DNA from: Clostridia bacterium
GTDB lineage: Bacteria; Bacillota; Clostridia; Oscillospirales; CAG-272
Reading direction: 5' to 3'
Assembly: GCA_017547655.1 (NCBI GenBank)
Contig: JAFYPF010000027.1
Location: 9,356 to 73,355, forward strand
Length of the DNA: 64,000 bases
In this document: in pieces, positions 56,661-64,000 of the stretch
How positions within the stretch are numbered: the first letter of the stretch is position 1
Layout of the letters: every line of letters starts with the position of its first letter
Made by a program: the position numbers and the translations under genes
Notes under the pieces: generated by a model
The model's input: only the letters and a program-made list of their open reading frames with translations
Database searches by the model: none
Told to the model about the DNA's origin: nothing

Positions 56661-59600
56661 ATGTTAAAACTTGTGTACGGTCCCGCTGCGTGCGGAAAAA
56701 GCACTTATGTTTACAATAGAATACTCAAAGACTTAAAGCAAGGCAAGAAAGCGCTTCTTATCGTTCCCGAGCAGAATGTTTTGTTGGCTGAAAGATGTAT
56801 AACCGATATGTCAAACGATGTATCGACAATTGATCTTGAGGTTTTGAGTTACAGACGACTTGCCAATCAGGTTTTCAGAACCTTTGGGGGTTTATCGTTT
56901 AATGATTTAAATGAGGGAGCGAGGTTGCTTGTAATGTGGCGTGCTCTTCGGGAAGCATCTGCCTTTCTGAAGGTATATAATAATTTTGATGATAGAAACA
57001 CGTCACTTACCGAGCTTATGCTTTCTACAGTAGATGAACTGAAACAGTTTGCGATTACTCCCCTAATGCTTGAAAAGGCGGCTGAAAAGCTTGGCGAGAA
57101 GTATAAGTCCTTGAGTGACAAGCTGCATGATATAAGCTTTATATACTCTACGTATCAGGTCCTTCTTTCAAAGGAATACAATGATCCGTCTGACGAGCTG
57201 ACTCGACTTGCCGATAGGTTGGATAATAATAATTTTTTTAAAGATTACAACGTGTATATTGACGCATTCGACAGCTTCACCCCACAGCAGTATAAGATTA
57301 TAGATCATATCATAGAACAAGCTGATGGTATTTGTATTTCGCTTTGCTATGATATAAAGGATAAATCGGGAGTGTTTTCTACTACCGAGATTACATATAA
57401 AAAATTAAAAAAGATTGCCGACAGATTCAACAAAGGTGTTAATGAGGTATATCTTGAAAACAGCCTCGGTTTTGAAAATAAGGCAATAGAATACGTATCA
57501 AAAAATCTTTGGTGCCACAGCGTTCAAGGCGAAGATTTTACGGGTGATGACACTGGCGTTGATACGATAGCATGTCACGATAAATTTGAAGAGTGCGAAG
57601 CTGTTGTTTGCGATATAATTAAAAAAGTACGCGACGGTGTCAGATATAAGGATATTCTTGTTATAGCAAGGGATATTAGTTCGTACGAGGGAATTATTGA
57701 CTGTGAGCTTGAAAATAACGGGATTCCTTTCTTTATGTCACGCAGAACTGATATTACAACTAAACCCTTGTTTAAGCTCATTCTTGCGGCGCTTGCGATA
57801 AAAAATAAGGGGTGGCGTTTTAACGACGTTATTTCTTACGTTAAGACGGGCCTTGTGGGCATAACCTTTGATGAATGTGATATACTTGAAAATTATGCAT
57901 CGGCTTGGAATATAAACGGCAGACGGTGGTACGACGGCATTGATTGGAATATGAACCCTGACGGTTTTGTTGAAAAGATTACTGACGATGGAGCCGAGTT
58001 GTTAAACAAAGCGAATGAAATAAGAAAGAAAATTGTTCCGCCTCTTGTAAAATTCTTTGATTCTATAGGCGGTACGACTGTTTCTGATGTTACGGTTGCT
58101 TTATACGATTTTCTTTGTGAACTTAATATAAAAGAACGGATTGAAAATAAGGCTGCCGAATGTCGCAGGAACTGTAATTTTTCTGAAGAAAAAGAACTTG
58201 TACAGCTATGGAATTTGCTTATAAGTGCCCTTGATGATATCGTAGAGTTTGCGGGAGAAATGAAAATTGACGGATTAAGCTATGCGACGATATTAAATCT
58301 TGTTTTGAGCAAGATAGGTATTGGAACCATTCCCGCAAGGGTAGATCAAGTGATGCTCGGAAGTGCTTCTATGATTCGTACGGGAAGTGTAAAGCACGTA
58401 TATTTGATAGGTGTAAACGAGGGAGTATTTCCGAAGACGGCAGAAGAGAACTGTATATTTAACGATAATGATAAGTTTATTTTGAAATCGGTGGACGTTG
58501 AGTTGAGTCCCGGAACAAACAGGCTTGCGTCGGATGAGTTGTATTGGTTCTATAAGTCTATATCGACAGCGAGGGAGTCATTGACTCTTACATACTGTGT
58601 ATCTGATTTGAAAGGCGCATCGGGAAATATTTCCGTTGCCGGTTCAAGAGTTAATTTTCTTTTGAATAATAAGCCTTTTATAAACTATGCAGAAGTACCT
58701 GCTGAAAACAAGATTGAGGGCAAGAATACTGCATTAAAAATTCTTGCCTTAAATAGAGATAACGAAATAGGTATTGCATTGCAGAGATATTTTGAAAAGA
58801 ATAATATTTACGGTGGTTTGGCTGAATTTTTAGATACATCGCTTGATGCGGGTGTATCGGATATAGATGACAAACTTGCAAAAGAAATATATAAGGGGAA
58901 TATGTCTACAAGCCAATCGAAGATTGACAGCTATGTAAAGTGTTCGTTTGAATATCATTGTAAATATATATTGAAACTCCAAGAGAAGAAGACTGCAGTT
59001 TTCAGAAATAATGATATTGGTAATTTTGTTCACATAGTTTTGGAAAGGTTTATGTCAAGGATTGCTACTGACAACGGTATTGATACGGATATTGACAACA
59101 AAACCGTTGTTAATCTTATTGATGAAATAATCGATGACTATGTAAAGAGCGCATGTCAGGGAATGTCTGAAAACAGTCCGAGGTTTATGCAGCTTATAAA
59201 AAGACTTAAGAGAACAACGATTTTGCTTGTTCGTAATATTTTGGCAGAATTTCGTCAAAGTGAATTTGTTCCGAGTTTTTTTGAGCTTCCTATATCTTAT
59301 GAAAATGAAAATGGTGTTGAGCCGTATGAAATAATGCTTCAAGACGGCACGAAACTCTTTATGCGAGGAATGGTGGACAGAGTTGATACCTTTAAAAAGG
59401 GTAAAGACGTATATATAAGGATTGTTGACTATAAAACGGGCGTCAAAACGTTTTCTCCCGATGATATAGAAAAAGGCTTAAATTTGCAGATGCTTTTATA
59501 TCTTTTTGCTATATGGAATACGAAGAGGAACGGATTTAAAGACAGAATAAAGTGTGATGGGGAAATTTTACCCGCAGGAATACTTTATTTTGCCGCCAAG

Positions 59601-59987
59601 GCTCCTGATTTTGCAATAGAGAGTGACGGAGATATAGAGAATGCATACACTATAGCCGAAAACAGTATTGAAAGAGTGGGAATGCTTGTTAATGACATTG
59701 ATATACTCAAGGCTATGGATAAAAATCTTGAGCAAAAGTATATTCCCGTAAAGCTATACAAAAACGGGAATTTAAGCAACGCCAAATATCTAAAGACTGT
59801 TGAAGAGTTTGGTGAATTGTCACGTAAAATTGACGGTATATTAAACAAGATTGCAATGGATATGAAATCGGGGAGCGTAAAAGCGGAACCGATGGAAATG
59901 AATAAAAAGAAAGACAGTCCGTGTGTGTATTGCAGAATGAAAGCGGTATGCAGAAGACTTGGCAAGGAGGAAGATGATGAGCAGTAA
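56661..59987 (+). CDS. addB: ATP-dependent helicase/nuclease subunit B
   Basis: GPAACGKS, LIVPEQ, RGMVDRVD, IVDYKTG, C-terminal CxxC..C Fe-S ligands. Confidence 0.9.
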   Translation: MLKLVYGPAACGKSTYVYNRILKDLKQGKKALLIVPEQNVLLAERCITDMSNDVSTIDLEVLSYRRLANQVFRTFGGLSFNDLNEGARLLVMWRALREASAFLKVYNNFDDRNTSLTELMLSTVDELKQFAITPLMLEKAAEKLGEKYKSLSDKLHDISFIYSTYQVLLSKEYNDPSDELTRLADRLDNNNFFKDYNVYIDAFDSFTPQQYKIIDHIIEQADGICISLCYDIKDKSGVFSTTEITYKKLKKIADRFNKGVNEVYLENSLGFENKAIEYVSKNLWCHSVQGEDFTGDDTGVDTIACHDKFEECEAVVCDIIKKVRDGVRYKDILVIARDISSYEGIIDCELENNGIPFFMSRRTDITTKPLFKLILAALAIKNKGWRFNDVISYVKTGLVGITFDECDILENYASAWNINGRRWYDGIDWNMNPDGFVEKITDDGAELLNKANEIRKKIVPPLVKFFDSIGGTTVSDVTVALYDFLCELNIKERIENKAAECRRNCNFSEEKELVQLWNLLISALDDIVEFAGEMKIDGLSYATILNLVLSKIGIGTIPARVDQVMLGSASMIRTGSVKHVYLIGVNEGVFPKTAEENCIFNDNDKFILKSVDVELSPGTNRLASDELYWFYKSISTARESLTLTYCVSDLKGASGNISVAGSRVNFLLNNKPFINYAEVPAENKIEGKNTALKILALNRDNEIGIALQRYFEKNNIYGGLAEFLDTSLDAGVSDIDDKLAKEIYKGNMSTSQSKIDSYVKCSFEYHCKYILKLQEKKTAVFRNNDIGNFVHIVLERFMSRIATDNGIDTDIDNKTVVNLIDEIIDDYVKSACQGMSENSPRFMQLIKRLKRTTILLVRNILAEFRQSEFVPSFFELPISYENENGVEPYEIMLQDGTKLFMRGMVDRVDTFKKGKDVYIRIVDYKTGVKTFSPDDIEKGLNLQMLLYLFAIWNTKRNGFKDRIKCDGEILPAGILYFAAKAPDFAIESDGDIENAYTIAENSIERVGMLVNDIDILKAMDKNLEQKYIPVKLYKNGNLSNAKYLKTVEEFGELSRKIDGILNKIAMDMKSGSVKAEPMEMNKKKDSPCVYCRMKAVCRRLGKEEDDEQ

Positions 59988-62900
59988 ATTGGAACTAACG
60001 CCTGCGCAAAAGGTTGCTGTTAATTTGCGTGGTCATACTATGCTTGTCTCTGCCGCCGCAGGTTCAGGTAAAACGGCAGTGTTGACAAAGAGGATAATAG
60101 AGCTTGTTACTGACTCGGAAAATCCTATTGACGTATCGGAAATACTTGTTGTTACATTCACAAAGGCAGCCGCAACAGAGTTGAAGGAGCGTATATCGAA
60201 AGCGGTTTTTTCTGCATTGAAAGAGGACCCGACAAACAAGCATCTCTCAAATCAGCTGCTTAATTTAGGCAAGGCGAAAATATGTACGATACACTCGTTT
60301 TGCGCCGATCTTGTGAAGAATAATTTCCAAAACCTTGATTTGCCCGCAAACCTTCGTATAGCTGATGAGAGCGAGTCTGCGCTTATCTGCAATAATATAA
60401 TGAACGAGCTTATAGATTCGTGTTACGGCGGTTTATATTCGGAAAAAATATCTGATTTTGCTGATTTTACCGAAAACTTTTTACAGGCTAAAAAAGATAA
60501 CAGTTTACCAATGATTTTTACGGGAATATATAACTATTTACGTAATTTTCCTATTGGAATATCACTTTTAAATAACTGTGCAGACGAGCTTCGTTGTGGT
60601 TCAAAAACAAATCCTCTTGAAACTAAATGGGGTAAAAAGATAACGGATTATCTTAAAAGAACATTTGAATACTACTACAAGGAACTCGATAGTGCATGCG
60701 ACTATTTTATTGCTGATGAAAAGTTTGCAAGGTCATATCTGCCTGCATTTGAAGAAGACAGACGAATTTGTTATGACATAGTATCTTCTGTAGAGGGTTC
60801 TGCTTATTCTGGTCTTGTCGATATCTTTAATGGTAATAATAAGTTAAAACTTGGCAATATAAAGAGCGAGTATCAGACGGATGAATCTAATTATTATAAG
60901 GCGATCCGGGCTGAATTTTGGGACAAGCTTTCAAAGGCTGCTTCAAATTATTTTGCTTTTTCGGAAGATGTTGTTAGAACTCACTTTGAACATACGTCGG
61001 TGGTTTGCAGAGATATGTATGCTTTTCTTTCGGCATTTGACGGAATGTATAAGGAAGAGAAGAAGAGCAGAGGGCTACTTGATTACAACGATCTTGAAAA
61101 CTTTGCACTGCGACTTCTTTATGTAGATAAAGAATGTACGGTTTCGAGTGAGCTTGCAAGTAGTATAAAGGAAAAATACAAATATATTTTTATTGACGAA
61201 TATCAGGATGTAAACGAGCTTCAAGATAAAATATTTTTGGGTATAAGTACTACTGTAAACAGATTTATGGTTGGAGATATAAAGCAGAGTATTTATGGCT
61301 TTAGAGGTTCTGAACCTGCATTGTTTTCAGAATACAGAAGTGCATTCCCCGAGGTGTCACCCGAAAGAAAATGCCCAAACAGTGATGGGGTAACACTCTA
61401 TCTTTCAAACAATTTCAGAAGTGATAAAGCTGTCATAGACTTCTCTAACGCTGTATTCGAGGTGTTGTTTAACAATAACAGTGGTAAAACGCCGTATACC
61501 GAAGGCGACAGACTTGTATGCTCAAAAGTATATAAGGATGGCGAAAAGGACTGTAAAGTAAGACTTTGCTTTATGGAAGATGATGATGATGTGGCAGGAG
61601 TAGTCAGAGAGGCGGAATTTGTTGCATCGGAAATAGAGAAATTGGTAAAAAAGGGAACAGATCCATCTGATATAGCGCTTCTATTCCGTTCGAGAAATAG
61701 CACATTATACTTTGAAGAGGCATTAAAAAAGAGAAATATATCAAGCTTTAATCAAGTTAATAGAGACTTTTTTGAAAATGATGCTGTATTATTGATGCTG
61801 TGTATATTAAATACAGTTGATAATCCGAGCAGAGATATTTATCTTGCGGGTGCATTAAAGAGTCCGATATTTTCTTTCAGTTTATCAGAATTAACTAAAA
61901 TTCGCAGGTATGAGAATAGTGGAACATTGTTCTATGCTTTGCAAAAATATTATGACGATACGTCGGATAAAAAGTGTGAGTATTTCCTTAATAAGTTAAA
62001 TCAATGGAGAAAATATGCCGAGGGGTGCCCGGTAGACAAGCTTGTAAGGCATATATATAATGATACGCATATAGTTGAATTGCTTTCGGGAAGAAAGAAT
62101 AATGATTCGGATATTGAACGTCAGGCTAATCTTCTCTTGCTTTACGAGTATGCGCGTCAGTTTGAAAATGGAAGCTTTAAAGGTCTTTATAATTTTATAC
62201 TGTATCTTAATGATGTTTTGGATAAGAAAACAAGACTGTCAAATGCAAGACTTACGGGTGATGGAAAAGGCGTTGTAAACATTATGTCTGTTCACAATTC
62301 AAAGGGGCTTGAATTTGATACGGTATTCATTTGTGATACGTCGCATCGGTTTAACAGAGACGATGAAAGAAGCTCGTATATAATTCATAAAGACTTTGGA
62401 CTTACATTAAAGTTGCGTGATGAAACTACTTTCGGCAAATTTAATACTTTATCAAGAAGTGCTGCGGAAATAGCATTACGCGAAGAAGCGCTTGATGAAG
62501 AAATGCGAGTTCTTTACGTTGCGTTAACAAGAGCTAAAAAACGTCTTATTATAACGTCTGCATTAAAACATGCAAGGGATGTAATAGAAAGCATTTCCTC
62601 GCCTGAAAGAAAGGTGTCTCGACATATACTGCTTGAAGCGAGGAGTATGTCGGAACTTATTTTGTGGGGAATCATAAAATCCGATTATAGGGATTACGAG
62701 ATTGAGTACGTTTCTAACCGTATAGAAGAGAAAAATACGATTATCGAGAAAACGGAAAAAGTATATGATGAAAAATTGGTTGATGATATTTTATCGCAAG
62801 TTGAAAAAAGACTTTCGTTCGAATATCCCTACAAAGAAATGACCGAATTACCCTCGAAACTTGCAGTATCGAAGTTATATCCTGCAGTACTCGATGAATA

Positions 62901-63519
62901 CACAACCGAAACCGAGCCCATTGCACCCGCAATGTACGTGAAGCCTAAATTCCTGCTTCCCGAACAAGAGAGAGCGACGGGCGCGGAGAGGGGAACGGCA
63001 ACGCATTTATTTATGCAGTTTTGCGATTTCAATAACGTAACTATCAACGGTGTCGAAAATGAACTCGAAAGATTAACCGAAAAAGGCTATATTGATAAGC
63101 GAAATTCGTCGCTTGTTAACATAGAAAGGATAAAAGAGTTTTTTAAAGGGCAACTTTTCAATAGTTTGTTGAGCGCAAAGAGGGTTTGGCGTGAAAGAAG
63201 ATTTAATATTAAACTTTCTGCAACGGATTTTACGCGGAATCCAGAACTAAAAGAAAAATATGCTGATGAAAGCATACTTGTTCAAGGTGTTATTGACTTG
63301 TTATTTGTGGACGAAAACGATAAGCTTGTATTAGCCGACTATAAGTCCGATTGGTTTTCTGATAAGGATATAAGCACCGGTAACGCCGAGAAAATTCTTA
63401 TAGAAAGACACAAAACACAGCTTTCGTATTATGCCGAGGCCTGTGAAAGAATGTTTGGCAAAAAGGTTGATAAAATACTTATTTATTCTTTTGCTTTAGG
63501 TAAGACCGTAGAAATATAA
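59974..63519 (+). CDS. addA: ATP-dependent helicase/nuclease subunit A
   Basis: SAAAGSGKT, DEYQD, VGDIKQSIYGFR, SKGLEF, YVALTRA, QGVID, DYK. Confidence 0.92.
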   Translation: MMSSKLELTPAQKVAVNLRGHTMLVSAAAGSGKTAVLTKRIIELVTDSENPIDVSEILVVTFTKAAATELKERISKAVFSALKEDPTNKHLSNQLLNLGKAKICTIHSFCADLVKNNFQNLDLPANLRIADESESALICNNIMNELIDSCYGGLYSEKISDFADFTENFLQAKKDNSLPMIFTGIYNYLRNFPIGISLLNNCADELRCGSKTNPLETKWGKKITDYLKRTFEYYYKELDSACDYFIADEKFARSYLPAFEEDRRICYDIVSSVEGSAYSGLVDIFNGNNKLKLGNIKSEYQTDESNYYKAIRAEFWDKLSKAASNYFAFSEDVVRTHFEHTSVVCRDMYAFLSAFDGMYKEEKKSRGLLDYNDLENFALRLLYVDKECTVSSELASSIKEKYKYIFIDEYQDVNELQDKIFLGISTTVNRFMVGDIKQSIYGFRGSEPALFSEYRSAFPEVSPERKCPNSDGVTLYLSNNFRSDKAVIDFSNAVFEVLFNNNSGKTPYTEGDRLVCSKVYKDGEKDCKVRLCFMEDDDDVAGVVREAEFVASEIEKLVKKGTDPSDIALLFRSRNSTLYFEEALKKRNISSFNQVNRDFFENDAVLLMLCILNTVDNPSRDIYLAGALKSPIFSFSLSELTKIRRYENSGTLFYALQKYYDDTSDKKCEYFLNKLNQWRKYAEGCPVDKLVRHIYNDTHIVELLSGRKNNDSDIERQANLLLLYEYARQFENGSFKGLYNFILYLNDVLDKKTRLSNARLTGDGKGVVNIMSVHNSKGLEFDTVFICDTSHRFNRDDERSSYIIHKDFGLTLKLRDETTFGKFNTLSRSAAEIALREEALDEEMRVLYVALTRAKKRLIITSALKHARDVIESISSPERKVSRHILLEARSMSELILWGIIKSDYRDYEIEYVSNRIEEKNTIIEKTEKVYDEKLVDDILSQVEKRLSFEYPYKEMTELPSKLAVSKLYPAVLDEYTTETEPIAPAMYVKPKFLLPEQERATGAERGTATHLFMQFCDFNNVTINGVENELERLTEKGYIDKRNSSLVNIERIKEFFKGQLFNSLLSAKRVWRERRFNIKLSATDFTRNPELKEKYADESILVQGVIDLLFVDENDKLVLADYKSDWFSDKDISTGNAEKILIERHKTQLSYYAEACERMFGKKVDKILIYSFALGKTVEI

Positions 63520-63610
63520 TCAGATGGGGGGTCAAAGTTCGTATCCCATCTGATTAAATACAAAAAAGCGAGTGGATATTGGTTTCTCAATTATCCACTC
63601 GCTTATTTTT
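63519..63610. terminator. Two tandem hairpins between convergent addA and folA
   Basis: ATCAGATGGG...CCCATCTGAT and AAGCGAGTGGATA...TATCCACTCGCTT. Confidence 0.7.
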
Positions 63611-64000
63611 ATTTTCTTTTATATTCAATAAAATAGAACGCTAAATCAGCTTCGGTATCCTTTTCGGGTTCGCTGATTTGTGTTTCGCTTTTTGAGACCA
63701 TTTTCCAGTTTTTATCTTCGTCAAGATTGGGAAAATATACGTCTTTTTCAAAGGATTTGTCAAACTTCGTAACGTATGCCGTATCACAATAGGGAAGCAT
63801 TTGCTTATATACACTTGCCCCGCCGATAACGAATACGTCGTCAGTATTATATTTTTTTACTTCTTCAAGTAGATGTTCAATTGAGTGAACGACCGTCGTA
63901 TCTTCGGGATGGTATTCTTCCGAGGGGTGAAGAACGATATTTGTTCTGTTTTTCAAAGCCTTTCCGCCGGGGAATGTAGCCAAAGTGTTTGAGCCTAAAA
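63609..64000 (-). CDS. folA: Dihydrofolate reductase; 5' end outside the window
   Basis: LATFPGGKALKNRTNIVL, VFVIGGASVY, AYVT, DVYFP. Confidence 0.9.
   Translation of the reverse strand, partial: LGSNTLATFPGGKALKNRTNIVLHPSEEYHPEDTTVVHSIEHLLEEVKKYNTDDVFVIGGASVYKQMLPYCDTAYVTKFDKSFEKDVYFPNLDEDKNWKMVSKSETQISEPEKDTEADLAFYFIEYKRK

Noticed and set aside
1-64000. CRISPR array, tRNA or rRNA genes
   Set aside because: Intergenic gaps are short and none shows spaced direct repeats or tRNA/rRNA signatures

Overview
Low-GC chromosomal window from a probably spore-forming Clostridia-type Firmicute (inferred from the SASP gene, AddAB, RqcH and gene order). Most of it is housekeeping: the Na+-decarboxylase gamma, biotin-carrier and beta genes; a complete aromatic amino acid operon; nusB-xseAB-ispA-tlyA-nadK-argR-recN; murB-rapZ-whiA-dnaE; a class A PBP; ZMP/ZTP-riboswitch-controlled pflBA; rqcH-addBA; and a partial folA. 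The standout is a ~17 kb accessory locus (37.0-54.3 kb) between pflA and the SASP gene. It encodes a 2,500-aa secreted vWA adhesin-like protein with no recognisable anchor, an 84-aa Cys-containing RiPP-like precursor with a YxxP leader, an HprK-like kinase, a radical SAM/SPASM enzyme, a PqqD/RRE, two bitopic surface proteins, a CpsB phosphatase and an ABC exporter. It also has a complementary pair of Wzz-BY-kinases: one is catalytically degenerate but carries a (GY)12 tail, the other has intact motifs but no tail. No polysaccharide-synthesis genes are present. A second RRE next to a soluble S26-like peptidase lies ~33 kb upstream. No rRNA, tRNA, CRISPR array or transposase was recognised. All calls come from reading motifs by eye; no searches were run.
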